Below, in pieces: positions 25,201 to 35,793 of a DNA stretch of 64,000 nucleotides; the stretch's first letter is position 1, and every line of letters starts with the position of its first letter. Source of the stretch: an uncultured Saprospiraceae bacterium (lineage in GTDB: Bacteria; Bacteroidota; Bacteroidia; Chitinophagales; Saprospiraceae); contig CBFGVZ010000001.1 of NCBI GenBank assembly GCA_965652315.1, forward strand, positions 2,147 through 66,146. Direction: 5' to 3'. A program made the translations under genes and the position numbers. Below the pieces are notes generated by a model. It worked only from the letters and a program-made list of their open reading frames with translations. It did no database searches and was not told the DNA's origin.

Positions 25201-28122
25201 ATGGATAAGTTCGATGAGCTGATTGGACACATTCAGGGTGACGGATACCGGGATTCACTACACCGGCATATCTATGCCACCGACGCTTCTATATACCGGG
25301 AATTGCCCCTGGGCGTGGTGTTTCCGCGTGACAAACAAGATTGCCAGCAAATCGTGCGCTGGGCCAAACGACATAAGGTACCACTCATCCCGCGTGCTGC
25401 CGGTACCTCCCTGGCGGGACAATGCGTGGGAGATGGTCTGGTAGTAGATACATCCAGATATATGACCTCAATCCTGGAACTCAATGCCGAAGAAGGATGG
25501 GTAAGGGTACAACCCGGTGTCATCCGGGATGAACTGAACAATTACCTCGCCCCATACGGATGGTATTTTGGGCCCAATACTTCCACGGCCAACCGGTGCA
25601 TGATGGGCGGTATGGTCGGCAACAATTCATGTGGGTCTACTTCCATAGAATTTGGCAACACCCGGGATCACATCCGATCACTGGAAGTGGTTCTGTCCAA
25701 CGGAGATTTTGCAGTTTTTTCCGATGAAAATCCCATGAAATACCTGGATCAGGAAAAAGCGAGCCATTTTCGTAAAACCATCGGCCGTTCCATGATCCAA
25801 TTGTTGTCCAGAGCGGGGATGGATGATTTGATTGCAGATTCGTACCCGCACCCGGAGATCCACCGACGCAATCAGGGTTATGCACTGGACATCCTGCGAC
25901 AGGCTTCCTACTTCGGAGGTTCAGATACTGTGCCCTTCAATTTTAGCAAATTATTGTGCGGCTCCGAGGGTACGCTGGCATTTACCACGGAAATCGTATT
26001 GGGGCTGGTCCCGCTTCCTTCCGATGATGTGGTGGTGCTCTGTCCCCATTTTCATACCATCCGGGAAGCGATGGAAGCCACCGTCTCCGCGATGTATTCT
26101 ACCCCTTCCAAATGTGAACTCATGGACCGAACCATCCTGCACTGCGCGTGGGAGAATCCGGATCAACTGAAAAATAAATTTTGCATTGACGGGGACCCGG
26201 GGGCTGTCTTGATGATCGAATTTCGCGGGGATGATAACCAGTCAGCGGCAGAAAAAGCCTTAGCCCTTGAGGCGAGATTCAATACGGAGGGCCTGGGGTA
26301 CACTTTCACTACCGTCCATGGAAAAGATACGGAGCGGGTATGGAATTTACGCGCCGCGGGTCTGGGTGTCCTTTCCAATATAAAGGGCGATGCAAAACCG
26401 CTGGCATGTATAGAAGACACTGCGGTCCGGCTGCAGGATCTGCCTGCTTATATCGCCGAATTTGAGGAAATATGTGCACAGCACCACCAGCAGGCGATCT
26501 TTTATGCCCACGCTGGTGCCGGCGAACTTCATCTTCGGCCTATACTCAACCTCAAAACTGCTGAAGGCGTAAAAGGACTCCGGGATATCAGTACGGCCAG
26601 TGCCAGACTGGTGAAAAAATACAAGGGCGTACTCAGTGGGGAACACGGGGATGGTCGTGTGCGGGCAGAATTTTTACCTATGATGGTTGGCGAAGAAATG
26701 TATAGCATCTGGCAGGAAGTGAAGGCCATCTGGGACCCCGAAAACATCTTCAATCCCGGTAAAATCGTCAATGCCCCTCCAATGGACGAAGCGCTTCGGT
26801 ATGAAATCGGAGAACCGGATTGGCAGTATGACACCTATTTTATGTTTGAAGACGGAGGTGGTATGATGGGTGTCATCGAAAAATGCAACGGCACGGGAGA
26901 TTGCCGTAAACTGGCCGAAACGGGTGGGACGATGTGCCCGACTTATATGGCCTCCAGATATGAAAAACATACGACCCGGGCACGAGCCAATGCCATGCGG
27001 GAGTATATGAAAGGGGATAAACAGGTGTTGAACTTTGATTCTCCGGAGGTGATGGAGGTCCTGGATCATTGTATTTCGTGTAAAGGGTGTAAAAATGAGT
27101 GCCCTTCCAACGTCGATATGACCAAACTCAAATCTGAATTCTACGCACAGTATTATAAAAACCATCGCCGCCCTTTGCGCGATCACCTTATCCTGCATTT
27201 CTATAATCTGTACAGTCTGGCAGCCTGGACTCCAGGATCGGCTAACCTGGCAATACAGTGGCTGGGGGGATTGATCAAACGGTTCAGTGGTTTTCACCCC
27301 GACCGGTCATTACCATCCGTTTCAAGAAAGAGCTGGAAACACTGGATGAAAAAGCACGTTTCCAGTCGACCGGTGGTACAGAAAAGGAAGGTGTACATTT
27401 TTATCGATGAATTCATTGATATCAACGAAGCGGAAATCGGGATCAAAACCGTCTGGCTACTGGAACATCTGGGGTATGAAGTGGAATATCGTAAACACAA
27501 AGAAAGTGGCCGGGCCGCTTTTTCCAAAGGTTTCCTGGAACAGGGCAGAACCCTCGCGCGTCAGAATGTGAATGTATTTAAATCCGTATTGGAGGAGCCG
27601 GATTCGGTGATCGTGGGGGTAGAACCCTCTGCTATCCTCAGTTTCCGGGATGAATATCCAGAAATCCTACGGGGAGCAGAACGAGATACGGCGGTCCAAC
27701 TGGCTGGACGGGTTCGGACCATCGAAGAATTCCTAATCGCCGAAATGCGACAGGGTCGAATCAGTTCGAAATCATTTGACGAAAAGAAACGGACGATAGC
27801 ACTTCATTTGCATTGTCATTATAAGGCGATGGCCAGTAAGGAGGAAACGGTGGCGTTGCTTTCCTTACCACAGAACCACCATATCCAATATATCCCGTCA
27901 GGATGTTGTGGTATGGCGGGATCATTTGGCTTTGAAAAGGAACACTTTGAAATGTCAATGAAAATCGGGGAATTGGTCGTATTACCAGCCATGCGTGAAC
28001 TATCTGAGGATACCATTCCGGTAGCTCAGGGCGTGAGTTGTCGCCATCAGGTGTTGGATGGAACTGGGGTGAAAGCGTGGCATCCGGTGGAAGTGTTATA
28101 TGAAGCGGTATTGAAACAATAA
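25201..28122 (+). CDS. FAD-binding/4Fe-4S oxidoreductase (YdiJ/GlcDF-like 2-hydroxyacid dehydrogenase)
   Basis: RAAGTSLAGQ, GSEGTLAF, SGEHGDG, CNGTGDC...CP, CISCKGCKNECP and CCGMAGSFG motifs. Confidence 0.92.
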   Translation: MDKFDELIGHIQGDGYRDSLHRHIYATDASIYRELPLGVVFPRDKQDCQQIVRWAKRHKVPLIPRAAGTSLAGQCVGDGLVVDTSRYMTSILELNAEEGWVRVQPGVIRDELNNYLAPYGWYFGPNTSTANRCMMGGMVGNNSCGSTSIEFGNTRDHIRSLEVVLSNGDFAVFSDENPMKYLDQEKASHFRKTIGRSMIQLLSRAGMDDLIADSYPHPEIHRRNQGYALDILRQASYFGGSDTVPFNFSKLLCGSEGTLAFTTEIVLGLVPLPSDDVVVLCPHFHTIREAMEATVSAMYSTPSKCELMDRTILHCAWENPDQLKNKFCIDGDPGAVLMIEFRGDDNQSAAEKALALEARFNTEGLGYTFTTVHGKDTERVWNLRAAGLGVLSNIKGDAKPLACIEDTAVRLQDLPAYIAEFEEICAQHHQQAIFYAHAGAGELHLRPILNLKTAEGVKGLRDISTASARLVKKYKGVLSGEHGDGRVRAEFLPMMVGEEMYSIWQEVKAIWDPENIFNPGKIVNAPPMDEALRYEIGEPDWQYDTYFMFEDGGGMMGVIEKCNGTGDCRKLAETGGTMCPTYMASRYEKHTTRARANAMREYMKGDKQVLNFDSPEVMEVLDHCISCKGCKNECPSNVDMTKLKSEFYAQYYKNHRRPLRDHLILHFYNLYSLAAWTPGSANLAIQWLGGLIKRFSGFHPDRSLPSVSRKSWKHWMKKHVSSRPVVQKRKVYIFIDEFIDINEAEIGIKTVWLLEHLGYEVEYRKHKESGRAAFSKGFLEQGRTLARQNVNVFKSVLEEPDSVIVGVEPSAILSFRDEYPEILRGAERDTAVQLAGRVRTIEEFLIAEMRQGRISSKSFDEKKRTIALHLHCHYKAMASKEETVALLSLPQNHHIQYIPSGCCGMAGSFGFEKEHFEMSMKIGELVVLPAMRELSEDTIPVAQGVSCRHQVLDGTGVKAWHPVEVLYEAVLKQ

Positions 28123-28259
28123 TTTTGTAGATTTGGGTGAAAAGATAGCGCGGGATAAATGCAAGAATTCGACAGGTATTGCCCCCCTGAATCGGCCGCC
28201 ATATACAGGTGCCGGGTGACAAGAAACAACAAAGGAAATTCCAATTAAAAACAAAACAT

Positions 28260-29831
28260 ATGACACGTTTACATCCAGTTTTATCAATATTATTATGTGC
28301 AGGAATGATATGGGGATGGTCTAGCTGCAATCCATCTTTTCCGCCCACTGATCTTTCTGCCGAGCCGCTGATACCTCTTCCGGTTTCCGTTACATCGGAC
28401 GGGAACGTTTTTCAACTCCGGCATGATATGGACATTTTCGTGGAGGAGGGCCATCCGGAAGTGGCGGAGGCCGGGGAGTACCTCGCCTCGATTTTGGCCC
28501 CGGCAACCGGTTTTGAATTGGAATTGAAACCCACAGGTACGCCGCCTGTTAAAGGCCATTTTTACCTGCATCTGGATGATTCTGATCTGGAATTGGGATC
28601 GGAGGGATATGTATTGGAAATCACGGATTCGGGTATTGATCTCCGGGCTCCATCCCGGGCCGGATTGATCATGGGTATATCGACCTTGAGACAATTGCTT
28701 CCGCCTGAAATTGAATCCCGATCTATCCAGGATATCGACTGGTTGTTGCCTACAGGTACTATCCGGGATTTTCCCGAGTACGAATACCGCGGGGCAATGC
28801 TTGATGTGGCGCGACATTTTTTCCCTGTAGAGGTGGTCAAACGGTATATCGATTACCTTTCGCTTTACAAATTCAACAGGCTTCACCTCCATTTGTCTGA
28901 TGATCAAGGCTGGCGGATTGAAATCAAATCCTGGCCCAAACTCACAGAGATTGGGGGTAGTACCGAAGTAGGAGGCGGTGATGGAGGATTTTATACGCAG
29001 GAGGATTACAAGGAAATTGTAGAGTATGCCCGCATTCGGAACATCATGGTCATTCCAGAAATCGATATGCCTGGCCATACCAATGCTGCGCTGGCTTCCT
29101 ACCCCGAACTCACCTGCGACGGAGTGGCTCCGGAGTTGTATACGGGAATAGAGGTGGGCTTCAGTACGCTGTGTACATCCCGGGAGGTAGTTTACGAATT
29201 TATCGAAGACGTGATCCGGGAACTGGTGGATATCACACCCGGGCAGTATATTCACATTGGTGGTGATGAATCTCATGTCACCCCCATGGAGGATTATATC
29301 CCTTTCGTAGAGAGGGTGCAGTCCATTGTTCAGAAAACAGGGAAAACTATTATCGGTTGGGATGAAATAGCGAACGCGCGATTGATCCCTGGCAGTATTG
29401 TTCAATATTGGGCGGAAGCGGAAAATGCAGTAAAAGGAATCGAACAGGGTGCAAAAGTGCTGATGGCACCAGCCCGAAAAGCTTATTTGGATATGCAATA
29501 CGATTCCACATCCAGGATCGGATTACACTGGGCCGCTTACATCGAAGTGGATGAGGCATACAACTGGGATCCGGCTACCATAGAGGAGGCGATTGACCGC
29601 GAAGATATTATTGGCGTGGAAACCCCGCTTTGGGCCGAAACTATTACCAATCTCGACGACATAGAATACCTGGCTTTTCCAAGACTTCCAGGTTATGGTG
29701 AAATAGGCTGGAGCCAACCCGCAGCCCGCAACTGGGCAGAGTATTCTCATCGCCTGTCTGCACAGAAATCCCGGTTTGAAGCTCTGGATATCGGATACTA
29801 TCCATCGGAGCGTGTACCATGGGGGGACTAG
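28260..29831 (+). CDS. GH20 beta-N-acetylhexosaminidase lipoprotein
   Basis: Likely start ATG 28260 with lipobox WSSC; RGAMLDVARHF, HLSDDQGWR, EIDMPGH and catalytic HIGGDE motifs. Confidence 0.93.
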   Translation: MTRLHPVLSILLCAGMIWGWSSCNPSFPPTDLSAEPLIPLPVSVTSDGNVFQLRHDMDIFVEEGHPEVAEAGEYLASILAPATGFELELKPTGTPPVKGHFYLHLDDSDLELGSEGYVLEITDSGIDLRAPSRAGLIMGISTLRQLLPPEIESRSIQDIDWLLPTGTIRDFPEYEYRGAMLDVARHFFPVEVVKRYIDYLSLYKFNRLHLHLSDDQGWRIEIKSWPKLTEIGGSTEVGGGDGGFYTQEDYKEIVEYARIRNIMVIPEIDMPGHTNAALASYPELTCDGVAPELYTGIEVGFSTLCTSREVVYEFIEDVIRELVDITPGQYIHIGGDESHVTPMEDYIPFVERVQSIVQKTGKTIIGWDEIANARLIPGSIVQYWAEAENAVKGIEQGAKVLMAPARKAYLDMQYDSTSRIGLHWAAYIEVDEAYNWDPATIEEAIDREDIIGVETPLWAETITNLDDIEYLAFPRLPGYGEIGWSQPAARNWAEYSHRLSAQKSRFEALDIGYYPSERVPWGD

Positions 29832-29922
29832 GGCCCAGGGAGCATTTGAGTGTGGTGGTACAGAAGGACATAAAAAATATATGAGGAAGTGGAAAGCACA
29901 AGAAATATAATTTTTTGATTCG

Positions 29923-31482
29923 ATGAGGTATTCCATTCATTTGGTCCACAATCGTGGTTTTCGTTGGTTTCATCGATCTGGAATGTATTTTAAAGGTTAC
30001 ATCCGCACGGAAGGGCAGCATCTCGAGGGCGAAAAAGCACTCGACTATTTCACGGGATTTTCTGGTGTGCAGTCCGTCCAGGACAGTTTACCGCGGGTGG
30101 ATGGTATGTTTACTGTTCTTATCCGAATAAATGATCAGTTGTTGGTGATCGTGGACCGCATGCGTACTTTTCCCCTGTTCTATTCCCACAAGAAAGATGC
30201 GATAATGATCACGGACGATCCGTATCAATTCCACAAAATTCATCCTCTTGACGCGGAGTACGCAAAGGAATTTTTATTAACCGGTTTTACTACAGGAAGG
30301 AATACCTTATTGAAAGATGTGTACCAAACCCGACCCTGTGAGGCCATACTTTTTGGTGACGGGAAAACGATCAGTCGTCCATATGAATCTCACATAGCTT
30401 CACACATATTTTCAGAATCCTTTGATGATTTATTTGCGCACCTGCAAAACCTGCTGCAGGAAATATCCCGGGATTTTATAAAGTCCCTCAATGGCCGGCC
30501 AGCAGTCTTATCGCTGAGCGGAGGTTATGATTCCCGACTGATCGCGTGGATGTTGTGGCAATGTGGGTATCATGACGTCCTGTGTTTTACTTATGGGCGG
30601 GCTGGCAATGAAGAGCTGGAGAATTCACGGAGGACAGCAGAACAACTTGGATTTGATTGGTTATTTGTCGAATATCGTGAGGGGATGGTGGATGATTACC
30701 TCGAATCACCAACTTTTCAGGAATACGTTCGATTCTCCTCCAAACTATCATCCATGCCCTTTCTGATAGATTACTTTGCTGTACAGCATCTTCAGAGACA
30801 TCAGTTGGTGCCGGATAATGCTGTATTTATCACAGGTCACTCCGGGGATTCAGTGGCAGGCAGTCATTTAAAAGGCCAGTTCAATGCAGGTGATTCTGCT
30901 GAGCGAGCAGCACGATTGCTTTATAAGTCTGCATATAATCTTTCACGAATTTCCGGCAGAAAAGACTTTTATACGCGATTGTTGCGCGAAATGGAATCGG
31001 GATCCGGCCCTGCTTATGCGCGTTTTGAAAACTGGATTTTATTGGAACGCCAGGCTAAATTTATCGTCAATTCTGCATGCGTGTATGATTTTTTCGGATA
31101 TGAATATCGAATGCCGCTATGGGATATCAGACTATTGAAATTTTTTCGCCAGGTGCCTCTGGAACATAAAAACTTTAAATATCTGTATGACCAGGTCCTG
31201 CGATCTACCTTTTCCAAAGCCCATCTTGACTTTAAAGATGAATTGCAACCAACCGTCCGGGAAATACAATTGCAGAAAATCAAAGAACGCGTGAAAGATC
31301 TGCTGCCCGCTAAATTGGTAAGGCGATTGCAGAAACAGCAACCGTGGCATGCTTATGACTTGCTCACAATGCCTATGCAAAAGGCTATCCGGGGTACTAT
31401 TTACGAAAACCAATGTGGTCCGGAGTATAATTCGGTGATTTGTAACTGGTATATTGCGGAATATTTGAAAACCTTCGAATAA
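29923..31482 (+). CDS. Asparagine synthetase B-like ATP-dependent amide ligase
   Basis: DRMRTFPLFY, PP-loop SLSGGYDSR, TGHSGD and EYRMPLWD motifs; no N-terminal Cys. Confidence 0.8.
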   Translation: MRYSIHLVHNRGFRWFHRSGMYFKGYIRTEGQHLEGEKALDYFTGFSGVQSVQDSLPRVDGMFTVLIRINDQLLVIVDRMRTFPLFYSHKKDAIMITDDPYQFHKIHPLDAEYAKEFLLTGFTTGRNTLLKDVYQTRPCEAILFGDGKTISRPYESHIASHIFSESFDDLFAHLQNLLQEISRDFIKSLNGRPAVLSLSGGYDSRLIAWMLWQCGYHDVLCFTYGRAGNEELENSRRTAEQLGFDWLFVEYREGMVDDYLESPTFQEYVRFSSKLSSMPFLIDYFAVQHLQRHQLVPDNAVFITGHSGDSVAGSHLKGQFNAGDSAERAARLLYKSAYNLSRISGRKDFYTRLLREMESGSGPAYARFENWILLERQAKFIVNSACVYDFFGYEYRMPLWDIRLLKFFRQVPLEHKNFKYLYDQVLRSTFSKAHLDFKDELQPTVREIQLQKIKERVKDLLPAKLVRRLQKQQPWHAYDLLTMPMQKAIRGTIYENQCGPEYNSVICNWYIAEYLKTFE

Positions 31483-31824
31483 ATCCGATTGAAAAAGCCT
31501 TTCTACGCTTAATGAAAAAATATATTTGTTAATGTTTTTGTGACCTGTCGGGTAGTGTCATCTGTAAAATTATAATTATATTATTTAATTGTAATGTTTA
31601 TTCAACTCGATTTGCTAGGGTAGGGTATGGGTATAATTTGTAATATTATTAAAACATCTATATGAGATTTTAGATTAGACCAGGCCTGGTGTTTTTGGGG
31701 CCTTAAGTCGTATTAGAAGATTTTGTCATGGTATCGTTTTTGTGATTTTCCCGGTGCTGACCTTGAATGGAAATCCCTCCCATTGAAAGATGCACAGCAA
31801 ACATTATTAATTTAAATAACGACC

Positions 31825-32388
31825 ATGAGATTAATTGTTTTACTTCTGCTATTTTATTCCTGTCAGGTAGACAACGGTTTTCAGGATTTGACACCGGACA
31901 ATGATTTTAATTCCACATTTTATTTCAATTCTCCAGCTTTTACAAAAGCGTTGAATAATGTGACCAAGACGGAAAGTGACACCACTTTTGAAATTGACCG
32001 ACCAGAGTATTTATTTCCTGCTCCGCTGCTTACGATGGAAACGGGGTGGAGAACAACGGATACGTTTGCTTTTGAAACCGTGGATTTTCAGAAGGTACTA
32101 AATGTGATTGTTCAGACCGCGGAGGAACAAAGCGTGGAGATTCAGAACTCTGTGGTCTCTTCCAAAATTGGGCAGGTCTCTCTCAACGGTCTGAGCGCGT
32201 GGTCCATCCCCGGGAAATATTATCTTGTTCCTTATAATCTGATCAATGGAAAGCGGATATATATCCAGATCACCCGCACCAAAGCACCGGGAAGCAGTTT
32301 CCTGACGAAGTGGCATTATACGGCGAATGGATTGTGGATGATCGGCAATAAGAAATCGAATGTCCGACCTGGATTGGACGTATCATAA
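31825..32388 (+). CDS. Hypothetical lipoprotein
   Basis: Short signal peptide MRLIVLLLLFYSC; 187 aa ORF with no recognised domain. Confidence 0.6.
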   Translation: MRLIVLLLLFYSCQVDNGFQDLTPDNDFNSTFYFNSPAFTKALNNVTKTESDTTFEIDRPEYLFPAPLLTMETGWRTTDTFAFETVDFQKVLNVIVQTAEEQSVEIQNSVVSSKIGQVSLNGLSAWSIPGKYYLVPYNLINGKRIYIQITRTKAPGSSFLTKWHYTANGLWMIGNKKSNVRPGLDVS

Positions 32389-32492
32389 ACCATCCTTAGC
32401 CTGGCTATTGTCGAATCTCTGATCCCTTTTTACAAGAACCGCAGCGTATATACTGCTACGGAAAGAATATTTGGTTAAATTTGAAAATTGGT

Positions 32493-32534
32493 AGAAGGTC
32501 TGTACTATTCTCTATTGTACAGACCTTCTTTTTT
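32493..32534 (+). terminator. Rho-independent terminator between the convergent lipoprotein gene and purE
   Basis: 13-bp stem AGAAGGTCTGTAC / GTACAGACCTTCT with an 11-nt loop, followed by a T-run. Confidence 0.75.
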
Positions 32535-32545
32535 GGGAGATTACT

Positions 32546-33052
32546 TCAAAAATCTGACGGATATTCATTTTTGACCAGACCAACCTTATATTCTACCCTT
32601 TCTTTCAATTCTGTCTTGTAATTCTCAAGTTTCTGTGCGATCAGTTCGTTGGTCATGCCCAGCATGGAAGCTGCCAGGATACCGGCGTTTTTTGCCCCGT
32701 TGAGAGCTACAGTAGCTACCGGAATACCCCCGGGCATCTGGAGAATAGACAAAATACTATCCCATCCATCGATGCTGTTGGAGGAGAGCACCGGCACACC
32801 GATAACGGGTAAAGTGGTCAGCGAAGCCACCATTCCAGGAAGATGAGCGGCTCCTCCAGCTCCGGCAATTATCACGCGGATGCCTCTCTCCCGGGCTTCC
32901 CGGGCGTACCGGATCATGCGGTCGGGAGTTCTATGGGCTGACACGATAGTGAGTTCGAATGGGATCTCCATATCATTCAGAAAGTCTGCTGCTTGTTTCA
33001 TGACCGGCAGGTCGGAGTCCGAACCCATGATAATACCGATTTCTGGTTTCAT
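32546..33052 (-). CDS. purE: N5-CAIR mutase
   Basis: IIMGSDSDL, SAHRTP and GAGGAAHLPGM motifs. Confidence 0.98.
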   Translation of the reverse strand: MKPEIGIIMGSDSDLPVMKQAADFLNDMEIPFELTIVSAHRTPDRMIRYAREARERGIRVIIAGAGGAAHLPGMVASLTTLPVIGVPVLSSNSIDGWDSILSILQMPGGIPVATVALNGAKNAGILAASMLGMTNELIAQKLENYKTELKERVEYKVGLVKNEYPSDF

Positions 33053-34194
33053 ATGCTGATTACTTTTAATGTAGATTGAATTCGAGTTATTTTTTCTTCA
33101 ATGGTTGGTCGATTTGTACCTAAAACGGTGACGTGTCCCATTTTTCGATACGGCCGCGTTTCAGGTTTGCCATAGATATGTACGTGGACGTCCTCCAGGG
33201 CCAGGACTTCATCCATTCCATGATAAGTGGGCTGGCCCTGATATCCTGGTTCTCCGAGTAAATTGAGCATGGCAGCAGGGCGGATTAATTCAGTACTGCC
33301 GAGTGGAAGATTGAGCAGCCCACGTAGGTGTTGCTCAAACTGACTGGTGACCGCATTTTCCAGGGTGTGATGGCCGCTGTTGTGCGGACGGGGTGCAACC
33401 TCATTGATCAGGATTTCACCAGATTCGGTCCAGAAATATTCAATAGCCAGAAGCCCACTGATACCAAAGGCTTCAATCGTTCGTCGGGAAATAGCATCTA
33501 GGTCCACTGCTACATCGTGGGGAATATCGGCAGGTGCGTACAGATAGGCCAGCATATTCTGGTCATTGAATACCATCTCCACCGGATCAAAACACCGGAT
33601 TTCTCCTTTTTCATTTCGAGCGGCCACCACGGCCAGCTCTTTCCGAATAGCCACTTTGTCCTCCGTGATCGACGGACCTTTCAACAACCGATCCAAATCA
33701 TTTTCCTCATTGACCAAATGCACCCCACGGCCATCGTATCCCTCTCCCCGGGTTTTCTGTACGAATGGAATCCGGATGTGACCTGTTTTTACTGCGTTAA
33801 AAATCTCTTCCCGGTTGCTAAATTTTTCAAACCGGACTGTGGGTAGATTATGTTCTCTGTAAAATCGGTTTTGCCTGTATTTGTCCTTGATAATTTCAAG
33901 CGCTCTGGGGTGTGGATGCACCCGGACACCTTCTTTTTCCAGTTCGTATAAAGCCTGAATATTGACATGTTCGATCTCTACGCCCAATATATCCAGGTTC
34001 GTACCAAAGCGCATTACATCTTCATAATCCTGAAAATCTCCCTGTACGAATTGCCAGGCATTGATTCCTCCAGGGAAGGTAGGATCTTTGTCGAGAAGTG
34101 AAAGTGAAAGGTTCCATTGATTGGCTGTGTAATTGAGCATTTTACCCAATTGACCTCCACCCAAAATTCCGATCCGAGCCTGTTCTATATACAT
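33049..34194 (-). CDS. purK: N5-CAIR synthase (ATP-grasp)
   Basis: GILGGGQLGKM, GYDGRG, NEVAPRPHNSGH and RKMGHVT motifs; 4-nt overlap with purE. Confidence 0.97.
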   Translation of the reverse strand: MYIEQARIGILGGGQLGKMLNYTANQWNLSLSLLDKDPTFPGGINAWQFVQGDFQDYEDVMRFGTNLDILGVEIEHVNIQALYELEKEGVRVHPHPRALEIIKDKYRQNRFYREHNLPTVRFEKFSNREEIFNAVKTGHIRIPFVQKTRGEGYDGRGVHLVNEENDLDRLLKGPSITEDKVAIRKELAVVAARNEKGEIRCFDPVEMVFNDQNMLAYLYAPADIPHDVAVDLDAISRRTIEAFGISGLLAIEYFWTESGEILINEVAPRPHNSGHHTLENAVTSQFEQHLRGLLNLPLGSTELIRPAAMLNLLGEPGYQGQPTYHGMDEVLALEDVHVHIYGKPETRPYRKMGHVTVLGTNRPTIEEKITRIQSTLKVISI

Positions 34195-34310
34195 ATTTTT
34201 TCGGGAATATTTTTTTATTTTTTGCGAAATATCAGGATCTCTACGTGTGGAAATGGTATATTCATTTTCCCATTGGATACCACTGACAAAAATAATTAAA
34301 CCTGACCGAT

Positions 34311-35642
34311 ATGCCTAAAATAGCTTTGCGAAATGCCAAAATAGTCAATGAAGGCCGGATCGTAGAAGCCGATGTTCTAATCAGGGAGGATCGGATCGAA
34401 AAGATCGGTGTATTTGATGCAAAAGTGGATAGCGAGATCGATCTCAATGGAGATTATCTTATGCCTGGTGTGATCGATGATCAAGTCCATTTCAGAGAAC
34501 CGGGAATGACTTACAAAGCCACCATCGCATCGGAATCCAGGGCTGCTGTGGCCGGAGGAGTGACCAGTTTTATGGAAATGCCCAATACCAGACCACCGGC
34601 CCTGACCCAGGAGATTCTGGAAGCCAAATACCAAATCGCAGCTGCAAGCAGTTCCGTAAATTATTCCTTCTTTATGGGGGTCAGCAATGATAATTACGAC
34701 GAAGTGATGCGAACGGATCCCCGGCAGGTATGTGGGATTAAGATTTTTATGGGTTCCAGCACAGGGAATATGCTGGTAGATGACGAAAACCAATTAAGCC
34801 GTATTTTTGGCCATTCCCCGATGTTGATCGCTACCCACTGCGAAGATGAAGTCATTATAAGACACAATACAGCCTTTTTTCAGAAAATTTACGGCGATGA
34901 CATCCCATTTTACTTACATCCGGACATTCGCAGCAGGCAAGCCTGTTATATAAGCAGTGATTTTGCGGTTTCCCTGGCCCGGAAATACGGTAGTAGATTG
35001 CACATCCTGCACATCACTACAGCGGAAGAAACCCGACTTTTTGAGAATCAGCAGGCGCTTCGAGATAAGAGGATAACCAGCGAGGTATGCGTTCATCATC
35101 TGACTTTTGACAGTCGCGATTACCGGGATAAAGGTGGACTGATCAAATGCAATCCCGCCATTAAGCGTCCTCATGATCGCAAGGCGTTATGGGATGCTCT
35201 CCTTGATGATCGGCTTGATGTGATCGCCACCGATCATGCTCCGCATACTGCTGATGAAAAGGACCATGAATATATCCATTGTCCATCGGGTCTTCCACTG
35301 ATCCAGCATGCTCTGGTTCAGATGATGGAACACCATCACGATGGCCTGATTTCATTACCCCGCCTGGTAGATAAGATGGCACATGCACCTGCGGTTTGTT
35401 TCAGGATCTCAGATCGAGGTTTTATTCGGGAAGGTTACAAAGCTGATCTGGTACAGGTATCAGACAACGAACCCTGGACGGTCAATCGTCAAAACATACT
35501 TTATAAATGTGGATGGTCCCCCTTAGATGGAAGAGTATTCCGATCCCGGGTAGTTCGTACTTTTATTAATGGTCAGGCGGCTTTCGACCAGGGCAAATTT
35601 CATTCCAATCTTTTTGGGGAACGCTTGTTGTTTGATAATTAG
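34311..35642 (+). CDS. pyrC: Dihydroorotase
   Basis: IDDQVHFREPG, KIFMGSSTG, KCNPAIK, ATDHAPH and YKCGWSP motifs. Confidence 0.92.
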   Translation: MPKIALRNAKIVNEGRIVEADVLIREDRIEKIGVFDAKVDSEIDLNGDYLMPGVIDDQVHFREPGMTYKATIASESRAAVAGGVTSFMEMPNTRPPALTQEILEAKYQIAAASSSVNYSFFMGVSNDNYDEVMRTDPRQVCGIKIFMGSSTGNMLVDDENQLSRIFGHSPMLIATHCEDEVIIRHNTAFFQKIYGDDIPFYLHPDIRSRQACYISSDFAVSLARKYGSRLHILHITTAEETRLFENQQALRDKRITSEVCVHHLTFDSRDYRDKGGLIKCNPAIKRPHDRKALWDALLDDRLDVIATDHAPHTADEKDHEYIHCPSGLPLIQHALVQMMEHHHDGLISLPRLVDKMAHAPAVCFRISDRGFIREGYKADLVQVSDNEPWTVNRQNILYKCGWSPLDGRVFRSRVVRTFINGQAAFDQGKFHSNLFGERLLFDN

Positions 35643-35793
35643 ACACTTTCGAAAACTATTCCGGAAATCCCTGTTGGTCTCCTTTTTACTTTGTGGAAAA
35701 TATTGGGTTTTGTTGGCGAGATAGTGAGTATTTGTGTAATTTGGCGCTGTAAAATGATTTAATAACAAATACAACATTCTCAATAAATACGTT

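Noticed and set aside
28293-29498. 401-aa minus-strand ORF
   Set aside because: Lies entirely antisense to the GH20 gene; a codon-bias shadow.
31679-31690. Perfect 12-bp palindrome ACCAGGCCTGGT
   Set aside because: Roughly 16 such palindromes are expected by chance in a window this size, and there is no second copy.
29923-32388. Lasso-peptide cluster built around the asparagine-synthetase-like gene
   Set aside because: No B1/B2 (PqqD/transglutaminase) gene and no precursor with a lasso-type leader was found.
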